44,003 nucleotides of DNA from a virus (lineage: Duplodnaviria > Caudoviricetes): IMG/VR virus record IMGVR_UViG_3300021579_000015, positions 1 to 44,003 of that record. One strand, written 5' to 3'. How positions within the stretch are numbered: position 1 is the first letter of the stretch; every line of letters starts with the position of its first letter. This document shows positions 9,311-16,747 of the stretch, piece after piece. Under the pieces are notes generated by a model, which saw only the letters and a program-made list of their open reading frames with translations, had not been told where the DNA came from and did not search any database. Made by a program: the position numbers and the translations under genes.

Positions 9311-9580
9311 ATGCCCGCCCCGACCACCGAAGATCGCCGCGACTACACCCACCTGGTGCAAGCCATTGTCGAGGCGCTCAACGCCCGTCAGTGCGATGCC
9401 CAGAACTGCCTGACAGAAGAAGAAAAGCGCTGGGTTAAGCTCGCCATCAAGGACCAAGCCGACAGGGCGGCACTGCGCCAGGCGGTGATCGAGAAGAGCC
9501 TGGCCGGTCTGGTGTGGTCGGGGCTCGTCGGCATTGGCATTCTGTTCATGGACTACATCAAGTCCCACGGTTTCAAGTGA
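9311..9580 (+). CDS. Small single-TM protein, holin/antiholin candidate
   Basis: 89 aa with a C-terminal hydrophobic segment (LAGLVWSGLVGIGILFM). Starts the lysis cluster. Confidence 0.6.
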   Translation: MPAPTTEDRRDYTHLVQAIVEALNARQCDAQNCLTEEEKRWVKLAIKDQADRAALRQAVIEKSLAGLVWSGLVGIGILFMDYIKSHGFK

Positions 9581-9588
9581 GGTAACCC

Positions 9589-10053
9589 ATGCTCTCCGCT
9601 CTCATTTCCTTCTTCGGTGGCTCGGTGTTCCGCATGATCTGGGGCGAGGTCTCGCACTGGTTCACCGCCAAGCAAGAGCACGCCCACGAGATCGAGCGCA
9701 TGCGCCTGCAAGGCGTGCTCGATGCCGACCAGCACACGCGCAACCTGGAAGCCATCAAGGTGCAGGCAGCCCTTGGTGTCAAGACCATCCAGGTGCAGGC
9801 CGAGGCCGCTGTCACCGAGCTGGAGGCGCAGGGCTGGCTCGAAGCGGTGAAGGGCACCACAGCCCGTATCGGTATCGCCTGGGTGGACGCGTGGAACGCG
9901 ACCATCAGGCCAGGCGTTGCCACCTGGGCCATTGCCATGATGTCGCTGGCTGAGTTCAAGGTCATCGTGCTGAGCGAGTTCGCGGCCAGCGTGGCCAGCG
10001 CTGCGCTGGGGATCTACCTGGCCGACCGCAACCTGCAGAAGCGGGGCAAGTAA
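9589..10053 (+). CDS. Putative holin (3TM / GTA-holin-like)
   Basis: Hydrophobic N-terminus, WNATIRP motif, two C-terminal hydrophobic segments ending ADRNLQKRGK. Coupled to the lysozyme gene. Confidence 0.6.
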   Translation: MLSALISFFGGSVFRMIWGEVSHWFTAKQEHAHEIERMRLQGVLDADQHTRNLEAIKVQAALGVKTIQVQAEAAVTELEAQGWLEAVKGTTARIGIAWVDAWNATIRPGVATWAIAMMSLAEFKVIVLSEFAASVASAALGIYLADRNLQKRGK

Positions 10054-10499
10054 TGGCCAACGCGGTTGACATCGCCGCCATCCTGATACGCCGGTTCGAG
10101 GGGCTGTATCTGACCCCCTACCTGTGCCCCGCTGGCGTGCCCACTATCGGCTACGGGGCGACCTACTACGAGAACGGCGCGCGGGTGCAGCTCACCGATG
10201 CACCCATCACCCGCGAGCGCGCCGAGGCCCTGCTGCAGTGGCATGTCAAGACCGTCTACCTGCCGGCGGTCCTGCGCCTGTGTTCAGGCCTGGACCACCC
10301 AGACCGGCTGGCAGCGCTGATCGACTTCACCTTCAACCTGGGCGCAGGTCAGCTTCGAGTCAGCACCTTGCGCAAGCGGGTCAACGCCGGCGCCTGGGGT
10401 GCGGTCCCCGACGAGCTCAGAAAATGGAACAAGGCCGGCGGGCGCATCCTGCCAGGCCTCACAGTAAGACGCGAGGCCGAGGTCTCGCTTGTGCAGTAA
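10053..10499 (+). CDS. Endolysin, GH24 lysozyme
   Basis: FEGLYLTPYLCPAGVPTIGYG (E-x8-C-x5-T triad), FTFNLG, WNKAGGRILPGLTVRREAE. Confidence 0.95.
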   Translation: MANAVDIAAILIRRFEGLYLTPYLCPAGVPTIGYGATYYENGARVQLTDAPITRERAEALLQWHVKTVYLPAVLRLCSGLDHPDRLAALIDFTFNLGAGQLRVSTLRKRVNAGAWGAVPDELRKWNKAGGRILPGLTVRREAEVSLVQ

Positions 10500-10511
10500 A
10501 GGCAGCACCCC

Positions 10512-11063
10512 ATGACCACGCAAGTCCCCTCATCCATGACCGCCGAAGGCGTTACAGCAGCACAGATAACCGCACTACAAGGCCGGGCCACTGCGCTGGA
10601 GTCAGGCACGGGTCGACAGATCCAGTGCGTGACCTTCGAGACCTCCGCCGTCGCTACCGGCACGACCATCATCCCGGCCGACGACACCATCCCCCAGAAC
10701 ACCGAGGGGGACCAGTACATGTCGCTGACCGTCACGCCAACCAGCGCGGCCAGCAAGCTCAAGATCGAAGTGACCATGGTCCTGACTCACTCCGTGGGCA
10801 CCACGGGGATCGGAGTCGCCTTGTTCCAGGACAGCACAGCCAGCGCCCTGGCCGGTGTCATGCAGCAGGTGCCATCCGCAGGCGGGGTCGTGACGGTTCA
10901 GTTCAACCACATCATGGCGGCAGGCACCACGTCACCCACTACATTCAAAGTCCGTGCAGGCGGTGGCGCTGCGGGTACTGTCACGTTCAATGGCTCGGCC
11001 GGCGGGCGCCTGTTCGGCGGGGTGATGGCCAGCTCGATTGTCATCACCGAGATTGGCGGCTAA
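10512..11063 (+). CDS. Stand-alone fibre-tip-like beta-sandwich protein
   Basis: 183 aa with a short coiled N-terminus. TIPQNTEGDQYMSLTVTPTSAASKLKIEV resembles phage tail-fibre C-terminal domains. Confidence 0.6.
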   Translation: MTTQVPSSMTAEGVTAAQITALQGRATALESGTGRQIQCVTFETSAVATGTTIIPADDTIPQNTEGDQYMSLTVTPTSAASKLKIEVTMVLTHSVGTTGIGVALFQDSTASALAGVMQQVPSAGGVVTVQFNHIMAAGTTSPTTFKVRAGGGAAGTVTFNGSAGGRLFGGVMASSIVITEIGG

Positions 11064-11469
11064 GCATAGGATCGTTGGCTGCCCCATTGGCCTCGTCCAG
11101 TGCCTTGGCCAGGCGGGCCTGCAGGTCCTTGTTGTCGCGCTGCAAGGCCTTGATCAACGCCCGCTCGTACTGCATCGCCAGGATGCTGCCTGCGCTGTGC
11201 CCCTGGCCGGACGGGGTGTAGAGCGTACCATCGCGCCCGATGCGCCAGCCCACCCAGTGGTTCTCGTGCATGTTGGGCAGGCGCCCGAGGTGGGCCTCCA
11301 GCGCAGTGATGGCGGCTTTGGGCACACGGGCCTTGCCGTCGGCCCAGCGCTGCACGGTAGCGCGGTCCACCTCCAGCCAGTCGGCGGCAAAGCCAATGCC
11401 GGTGTGCTCGATGAACTGCCGGATGTAGGCCTGTGCCGCACTGCGCCGGCGCTGTCTGACCGTTAGCAT
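11044..11469 (-). CDS. HTH + DUF3653 protein, XafT-like Xer recombination activator candidate
   Basis: N-terminal HTH (AADWLEVDRATVQRWADG), then WVGWRIGRDGTLYTPSG (DUF3653-type W-x-G-W...L-x-T-P-x-G) and a coiled C-terminus. Adjacent to a dif-like site. Confidence 0.75.
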   Translation of the reverse strand: MLTVRQRRRSAAQAYIRQFIEHTGIGFAADWLEVDRATVQRWADGKARVPKAAITALEAHLGRLPNMHENHWVGWRIGRDGTLYTPSGQGHSAGSILAMQYERALIKALQRDNKDLQARLAKALDEANGAANDPMLSRQSR

Positions 11470-11477
11470 TTGCTAAG
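11462..11477. promoter_or_regulatory. Palindromic operator over the xafT-like start codon
   Basis: GTTAGC-ATTT-GCTAAG, matching the family T(T/G)TAGC-N4-GCTA(A/C)A. Confidence 0.6.
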
Positions 11478-11504
11478 ACTACCCAACGCAACCGCTAAAT
11501 GCAA
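11476..11504 (-). promoter_or_regulatory. Sigma70-type promoter for a leaderless xafT-like mRNA
   Basis: Minus strand TTGCAT-N17-TAGTCT, 6 nt before the ATG at 11469. No SD. Confidence 0.6.
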
Positions 11505-11515
11505 CCCCCTGATCC

Positions 11516-11543
11516 ACTGCGCATAATGTGTATTAAGCCTGGG
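11516..11543 (+). other. dif-like attP (XerC arm intact, XerD arm degenerate)
   Basis: ACTGCGCATAA-TGTGTA-TTAAGCCTGGG vs E. coli dif GGTGCGCATAA-TGTATA-TTATGTTAAAT (9/11, 5/6 and 4/11 matches). Intergenic, at the late/early module boundary. Confidence 0.75.
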
Positions 11544-11649
11544 TTGTTTCTTCACACTTCCCTCCACTTAGGTGTCGCATTCTGCTAAAGGCTGCTAAAC
11601 GGCTTTAGCAGGTTTTGGCGGTGCTACGGGGTGGATCTGCTAAAGCGTC

Positions 11650-11841
11650 CTACCGTTGCGCCCGCATCGCAAGCTCCCACTGGTCGCGGCACTCGGCGTC
11701 GCACCAGCGGCGCCCTGGCGATGCCTCCTCGCAGAACAGGCAGCGCCCGGTGGCCAACGGGCCCGCAGGCCTGCGCAACGCCTGGGCGATGCTGCGGTCG
11801 AGCTCTTCGCGCTCGCTGGCGATGTCGAGGTTATCGCTCAT
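11650..11841 (-). CDS. TraR/DksA-like C4 zinc-finger protein
   Basis: MSDNLDIASEREE (DxxDxA motif), then CLFC...RWCDAEC. 63 aa. Confidence 0.75.
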   Translation of the reverse strand: MSDNLDIASEREELDRSIAQALRRPAGPLATGRCLFCEEASPGRRWCDAECRDQWELAMRAQR

Positions 11842-12010
11842 CGCGAGCCTCCCCGAGAATCGTGTCCATCTTCGCCTGCACCCCGCGCGCCAAAGGCAAT
11901 GGCGTGTCGGCTGGTGTCCTGGCCAGGAGGTCATACAAGGCATCCCAGGCTTTCGCCTTGGCCTCCATCTCGATGTAGTCGTCGATGGTCTTTTGAATGT
12001 GGTCGTTCAT
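11831..12010 (-). CDS. Hypothetical protein (59 aa, below the ORF-track cutoff)
   Basis: MNDHIQKTIDDYIEMEAKAKAWDALYDLL... Overlaps both neighbours in operon fashion. Confidence 0.6.
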   Translation of the reverse strand: MNDHIQKTIDDYIEMEAKAKAWDALYDLLARTPADTPLPLARGVQAKMDTILGEARDER

Positions 12011-12207
12011 GTCGTGTTCTTTCTCAGTTTAGGTAATGGGGCCCAGTGTGTCCAGAAGGGTGTGCCGCCGGCGTAGGTCCCGTAAACGGCAACACCGCCC
12101 TGGCCCAGCAGCTGCACCTTCATGTTGTGCGGGCAGGTGGCGATGGGCTGCCAGAAGTAGTCGTGGTCGACAGCCACCTTGCCGGTGCTGTCGGTAACCG
12201 TGGTCAT
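12007..12207 (-). CDS. DUF551-like small protein
   Basis: WQPIATCP...THWAPLP motif. 66 aa, ATGA overlap. Confidence 0.7.
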   Translation of the reverse strand: MTTVTDSTGKVAVDHDYFWQPIATCPHNMKVQLLGQGGVAVYGTYAGGTPFWTHWAPLPKLRKNTT

Positions 12208-12560
12208 CGCTCGATGCCCTCCAGGCGGTCGGCCACCAGCTTGGCGTAGCCGGCGATGTCCACCCAGCTGTCGGCGTAGTTCGGGTCGCCGTTGACGATG
12301 CGCCCGATCTTGTGGGCGATCATGTCCAGCGCCTCGCGCTGGTCGTCTGCCAGTCTGTCCCACTTGTCGCCGCCCATGTGCGCGCGGATCATCTTCTTGA
12401 GTGCCTGGCTGGCGCTGGCGTGACTGATGAACTTGCCGTAGCGGCTGCCCCGCTCGGTGAGCGTGGCGGTGATGTCGGTGGCCGCCACGGCCAGCGCACG
12501 CTCGATGGGTGAGGCGACCTTGAAGTCGCCGTTGGTCTGGGGTTTGATCTCTCGGTTCAT
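12204..12560 (-). CDS. DUF6378-like protein
   Basis: ERGSRYG...MIAHKIGRIVNGDPNYADSWVDIAGYA. Start ATG at 12560 overlaps the helicase stop. Confidence 0.8.
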   Translation of the reverse strand: MNREIKPQTNGDFKVASPIERALAVAATDITATLTERGSRYGKFISHASASQALKKMIRAHMGGDKWDRLADDQREALDMIAHKIGRIVNGDPNYADSWVDIAGYAKLVADRLEGIER

Positions 12561-13969
12561 TGTTTGCCTTTCATGTAGTCCATCAGGGTTTGCTGCACGC
12601 TGGCCTTGCCGGCTCGACGTGCGATCACAACTTCGTCCACCGTGTCCCTGGCCACGATGTAGTCCACGAACACGCCATCGGTCCTGCCTTCCTGGTACTG
12701 GCGCATCGGTCCGATGCGCTCCAGGATCTGGTCGTGGTATTCTAAATTCCAATCCTGCGAGAAGAACACGATGCGGTTGCAGTGCGCCTGCAGCCCGTCC
12801 ACACCGTGGCCCATGCTGGCCGGGTGTCCGATCCAGACCTTGCCCTCGCCGCGCTTGGCCGCCGCCATGTGATCCTCCCGTGCCAGGTCGAGCGCATCCG
12901 GGAAGCGCTTGAGCAGGCGGGCTCGGTCGGGGATGAACTGGTAGGCCACCAGCAGCGGATCCTCACCGGTCTCGTCGACCAGCTCCTGGAGCGCGTCGAT
13001 CTTCTCGTCATGCACGTCGGCCCACACGCCTTTGCCGAACTTCTCCGGGTCCACGTACACAAAGCCGCCGGCCATCTGCAGGCACTTGTTGGACAGGCCG
13101 GCAGCGTTGAACACTTCGACGTCCATGCCATCGAACTGGGCGAACAGTTCCTTCTCGAACTCCCGATACTTGGCCTTTGCGCTGGGCGGCAGGTCCACCT
13201 CGATCACGTTGACGATGGGCTCCTGCAGATCGAACCAGTCCTTAGGGTCCAGCGTCAGGCAGATGTCAGCCAGGCGCGACTGGATCTCATCCTGCGCGTG
13301 GTCCATGGGAACGCGCTTGGTATAACCGTCATCCTTGCGCACCTGGCGAAACCAGCGGTCCTCGAACCCCGAGTAGGTGCGGCCCAGGCGCCGGCCCTCG
13401 TCCAAGAACCAGGTCTGCCCCCACAGATCCTGCAACCCGTTGGGGCTGGGCGTGCCGGTTAGATTGATCCAGCGCTTGGCGGCGGTGTGCGCCACCCTGG
13501 CCAAGGCACGCGCACGGACGCTGCCCTGGCGCAGGCGGAAGGACTTCAGCTTGGTCGCCTCGTCGGCCACCACGGTGTGGAAGGGCCAGGCCTTGCGCTG
13601 CTTCTTGAAGTGATCGACCAGCCAGACCAGGTTGTCATAGTTGGTGGTGTAGACCGGGGCCTCTCGACGCAGCGCGGCGGTGCGCTGCGCGACGTCGCCG
13701 GTGACAGGCACCACGTCGAAGTCCTTGAGGTGTTCCCACTTCTTGGACTCATGCGCCCATCCATCGCGGGCCACGCGCAGAGGCGCCAGCACCAGGGTGG
13801 GGGCGCTCTCGCCGATCACGTTGTGCAGGATGTCGAGGTGGGACAGCGTCAAAATTGTCTTGCCCATCCCCGGCTTTGCCCACAGCGCGCAGCGGGGCTG
13901 CTCGCTGAACAGTTTGGACGCCAGGGGCGCGAAGGCCCTGGGGGTGTACTGCTTACGCAAGGAGCTCAT
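12557..13969 (-). CDS. SNF2-like (SF2) DNA helicase
   Basis: PGMGKT Walker A, VVADEAT, LTGTPSPNGLQDLWGQ, GHPASMGHGVD-LQ, QILERIG. Start is approximate. Confidence 0.9.
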   Translation of the reverse strand: MSSLRKQYTPRAFAPLASKLFSEQPRCALWAKPGMGKTILTLSHLDILHNVIGESAPTLVLAPLRVARDGWAHESKKWEHLKDFDVVPVTGDVAQRTAALRREAPVYTTNYDNLVWLVDHFKKQRKAWPFHTVVADEATKLKSFRLRQGSVRARALARVAHTAAKRWINLTGTPSPNGLQDLWGQTWFLDEGRRLGRTYSGFEDRWFRQVRKDDGYTKRVPMDHAQDEIQSRLADICLTLDPKDWFDLQEPIVNVIEVDLPPSAKAKYREFEKELFAQFDGMDVEVFNAAGLSNKCLQMAGGFVYVDPEKFGKGVWADVHDEKIDALQELVDETGEDPLLVAYQFIPDRARLLKRFPDALDLAREDHMAAAKRGEGKVWIGHPASMGHGVDGLQAHCNRIVFFSQDWNLEYHDQILERIGPMRQYQEGRTDGVFVDYIVARDTVDEVVIARRAGKASVQQTLMDYMKGKQ

Positions 13970-14270
13970 CCACGCCAGCAAGGCTATCGATCACCACCAC
14001 GCGCTGGCCCATGGCACGCATGCGCTCGTGCTCGCGGTGCTGCTGACGCTCGTGCGGAGTGTGCGGGAACAGTGCCGCCAGGCCTGGTGCCTTGAGCTCG
14101 ACCCAGATGGTGGCGGGCGGGTAGTCCCTAAGTACCCCGGAGAGCCGCACCGGCAACATCACCAGGCGATCCGGTGCGCCATTGCGTCCGATCCACTTCA
14201 CTTTGCGAACCTCGCCGCCCAACTCCTTCACACGCTTCACGAGGTGTGCCTCGATATCTGATTCACGCAT
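13953..14270 (-). CDS. VRR-NUC domain nuclease
   Basis: MRESDIE...GAPDRLVMLP...WVELKAPG...Q-x-REH motif. Confidence 0.9.
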   Translation of the reverse strand: MRESDIEAHLVKRVKELGGEVRKVKWIGRNGAPDRLVMLPVRLSGVLRDYPPATIWVELKAPGLAALFPHTPHERQQHREHERMRAMGQRVVVIDSLAGVDELLA

Positions 14271-14601
14271 TTCTAGCCTTTCGTTTGATATATCTGATGT
14301 AGTTCACAGAGAGCCCATGGAACTCGGCCAGCTCTTTGGCGGATGCCTTAGACTCTGCAATGCGCTGGTCGCGGCTGGGTGTGTCGCCGAGGGACGCGGC
14401 AAACTTACCCCGCTGCCTGGAGATCGTCCTGGCGGAAGGGTTGGGCTTCGCGAACGCGCCCAGCGCCATCTCGTTGTTGACCCGCATGGCGTTGGACGTT
14501 ACCTGCTTCATGCTGGGCTGCCATCCGTAGTCGGCGGAGGTGGACTTCCAGCCGCTAAACGCATTCCCTGTGCTCTTGGGCGTGCCGTCTTGCCATTTCA
14601 T
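14263..14601 (-). CDS. Hypothetical protein with C-terminal HTH-like tail
   Basis: Start MKWQDGTPKSTG (ATGA overlap). Ends AKELAEFHGLSVNYIRYIKR. Confidence 0.6.
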   Translation of the reverse strand: MKWQDGTPKSTGNAFSGWKSTSADYGWQPSMKQVTSNAMRVNNEMALGAFAKPNPSARTISRQRGKFAASLGDTPSRDQRIAESKASAKELAEFHGLSVNYIRYIKRKARNA

Positions 14602-14951
14602 ACCAACCCCCTCCAGACACCGAGCTGCTCGCGCTGCTTGGTGTACCTGCGCGCCGAGATAGACGCCGAGTGCCGCTTGTAATACCGCTTGCACGTGTCT
14701 GCACGCGACCGCTTTGTCGGCGGCTTTGCATCCTCACCAGGGCCGACGGCGTAGACTGGAGTGCATCGCCCTTTCACCCCGTCCGGCTGGCGCTCGTAGC
14801 GCAGCACGTACACCCCACGCCTGTTACGCAGGACCCGCACGGCCTTCTGCACCCTGATGCGCTTCTCGCCGATCAGCCGAGCCAGTTCAGCCATGGACAT
14901 GCCACCGATGTTGGTCAGCAGCCTGACAATTTCGTCCCTCAGGTCTTGCAT
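14598..14951 (-). CDS. Winged-HTH DNA-binding protein
   Basis: GGMSMAELARLIG...VYVLRYER...PVYAVGPGEDAKPP. 117 aa. Confidence 0.7.
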   Translation of the reverse strand: MQDLRDEIVRLLTNIGGMSMAELARLIGEKRIRVQKAVRVLRNRRGVYVLRYERQPDGVKGRCTPVYAVGPGEDAKPPTKRSRADTCKRYYKRHSASISARRYTKQREQLGVWRGLV

Positions 14952-14963
14952 CGTTTGTTTCCT

Positions 14964-15350
14964 TTAGGTGAACAGGTACCATATGCAAACTACAAGCAAG
15001 CTCAGCGCTAACGCCAGTGAAAATACGATCCCCGCAAACATAAGGGCATACATCGCGGAACCTACTGCGCCGTCTTCTTGGTACCCTCTGACTGCGCCGA
15101 TAGCAGCGCCAACCAGCAGGCACACAATGAGCGCTTTTTCTAAGAACACAGTCTCGCCAGATGCCTGGTGCGGATACACCAGCGAAACACAATCCACGTA
15201 CTGTCTTGAATCCGCGATGGTAGCGGTCTGCGCATTGAACGTTGGCATGTACGCCTTGCAGGCCACCACTTTCGCTTCATGCGATTGTTGATTCGCAGCG
15301 GCTGCTTGAACCGACGCGTTGATTGATAGTGCAGTTGCTGCGCTCATCAT
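14964..15350 (-). CDS. Membrane protein of unknown function
   Basis: Two C-terminal hydrophobic helices. Lower GC than the core genes. Confidence 0.65.
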   Translation of the reverse strand: MMSAATALSINASVQAAAANQQSHEAKVVACKAYMPTFNAQTATIADSRQYVDCVSLVYPHQASGETVFLEKALIVCLLVGAAIGAVRGYQEDGAVGSAMYALMFAGIVFSLALALSLLVVCIWYLFT

Positions 15351-15538
15351 TTCCACCAGTAAAAGAAGCAGGCCGACGCGATCACCAGGGTGAGGCCCAC
15401 GCCTGCGAACATGTTGCGCACCCAGCGCGAGAACTGCTCCAGGGTGATGACAGGGTCATCCTCCGGGATCTCGCACGCCTGGCGCACCGGGCAGTCCTTG
15501 CCCTGGGTGCATTGTCCATAATCGTTACAGCAGTTCAT
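15347..15538 (-). CDS. Small Cys-rich membrane protein
   Basis: MNCCNDYGQCTQGKDCPVR plus a C-terminal TM segment. Confidence 0.65.
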   Translation of the reverse strand: MNCCNDYGQCTQGKDCPVRQACEIPEDDPVITLEQFSRWVRNMFAGVGLTLVIASACFFYWWK

Positions 15539-15768
15539 TTCAGTTCTCCCGCTTCAACCTGCTTCACCGTAACCTCGAAGCGTGCGCCGTTTTTGGCTTC
15601 AATTGCCAAAACTCCATCCGGACCGATCCACCCAAGAAGCACGCGGCACATTTCGTTCACGACATCGCGCTTCTCCAGCCACGTGCCAGGTTCTTGTTCG
15701 CTAGCAGTACCGATGTACACACGGTGTGTATCCGATGTGTATCCAAATTTGATGTCTTCTAATTTCAC
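15535..15768 (-). CDS. Hypothetical protein
   Basis: GTG start after GGAGG. KFGYTSDTHRVYIGT...WLEKRDV. 77 aa. Confidence 0.6.
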   Translation of the reverse strand: MKLEDIKFGYTSDTHRVYIGTASEQEPGTWLEKRDVVNEMCRVLLGWIGPDGVLAIEAKNGARFEVTVKQVEAGELK

Positions 15769-15769
15769 T

Positions 15770-15898
15770 TCAAATCCCTCCGCGCATCCCCAGCGCAATA
15801 GCCAGGGACACCCAAAACAGAAACGCGCACACCAGTAGGCTCACAACGCCCCAGGCACCCAGCGCCCATAGCGCCCAGATTGGTAGGGTGACGGTCAT
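15770..15898 (-). CDS. Small hydrophobic membrane peptide (42 aa, not in ORF track)
   Basis: MTVTLPIWALWALGAWGVVSLLVCAFLFWVSLAIALGMRGGI. SD GGAGG, ATGA overlap. Confidence 0.6.
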   Translation of the reverse strand: MTVTLPIWALWALGAWGVVSLLVCAFLFWVSLAIALGMRGGI

Positions 15899-16170
15899 GC
15901 TACCTCCCCGGTTGCTTTTGCCACAACAGTTCGCGCCATATCCTGAAACTTTTCCAGCATATCTGTAGGCGAGCCATACATAGACAGACCAGCACCTGCG
16001 ATGACTTGCAGCGCCTCAAACATTTCTGGGGACATGGCGATAAGTCGGGCGTTGGCTTTCCATTCATCCCCACGCATCGTCCACACCTTTGCGATCTGGT
16101 CGCGCTGGTTTCTAATTTGCACACCTTGGTCTCCAGCGGTGTGCCACGGCCCCGGCGTGTGCTTACTCAT
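15895..16170 (-). CDS. Conserved phage hypothetical protein (HTPGPW...ANARLIA family)
   Basis: Strong SD AAGGAG. MSKHTPGPW...KANARLIAMSPEMFEAL. An in-frame upstream start at 16299 is also possible. Confidence 0.75.
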   Translation of the reverse strand: MSKHTPGPWHTAGDQGVQIRNQRDQIAKVWTMRGDEWKANARLIAMSPEMFEALQVIAGAGLSMYGSPTDMLEKFQDMARTVVAKATGEVA

Positions 16171-16295
16171 GGTATTTCTCCTTGGAATTTGGATAGGGCG
16201 GCGCGTGGCGTCTCGATCTTGACGGTTCGTTTGCGAGCCCGCCAGACAGGCATGAAACCACCCACGTTCGTACCCACATTGATCGCACGTAGTAT

Positions 16296-16487
16296 TCATT
16301 TCAACCACCCCACCAGGCCCATCACCACCAACACGGCTGCGGCCGCAACCGACCCGGCCAGGACAACAACGTCCTGCCAGTCCATCGACCGGGCTTGCTC
16401 CAGCACCGGTCCGCTCTCGTAGGGACCGAACGCCTCCGCCATCGTGCGCGGTGCGCGCCCTGTGTAGCTGCTGTTCCAATATGTCAT
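16296..16487 (-). CDS. Small membrane protein
   Basis: SD AAGGAG. RAPRTMAEAFGPY plus a C-terminal TM segment. Confidence 0.7.
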   Translation of the reverse strand: MTYWNSSYTGRAPRTMAEAFGPYESGPVLEQARSMDWQDVVVLAGSVAAAAVLVVMGLVGWLK

Positions 16488-16505
16488 TTCATTCTCCTTG
16501 GTGAT

Positions 16506-16661
16506 TTAATAACCGAGCCAGTCGAGCACTTCTTTGCCGGTGTAGGTGGGTTTACGTCCAGCTTCAGCAATGAAGTCAGCCCAATCCAGATTGTGTTTTT
16601 CGATCTCGCGCTTTGCCTCTGTCGCGGATACTTTTACCTGGCATGCATCTTCGTAGTTCAT
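16506..16661 (-). CDS. Hypothetical protein (51 aa, not in ORF track)
   Basis: SD AAGGAG. MNYEDACQVKVSATEAKREIEKH...GKEVLDWLGY. Confidence 0.7.
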   Translation of the reverse strand: MNYEDACQVKVSATEAKREIEKHNLDWADFIAEAGRKPTYTGKEVLDWLGY

Positions 16662-16690
16662 TTTCAATCTCCTTGTTGCGATGCCTGAAG

Positions 16691-16706
16691 TTTAGCACAT
16701 GCTAAA
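16691..16706. promoter_or_regulatory. Palindromic operator upstream of the leftward accessory operon
   Basis: TTTAGC-ACAT-GCTAAA, overlapping a minus-strand -10-like TAAACT. Confidence 0.7.
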
Positions 16707-16747
16707 CGCCACCCAGGGCAAAAGCCGACTAGGTGTTTTCCCTAGTG

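Noticed and set aside
7118-11063. Diversity-generating retroelement, expected from BPP-1 relatedness
   Set aside because: No reverse transcriptase motifs, no Avd-like gene and no adenine-variant TR/VR pair were seen.
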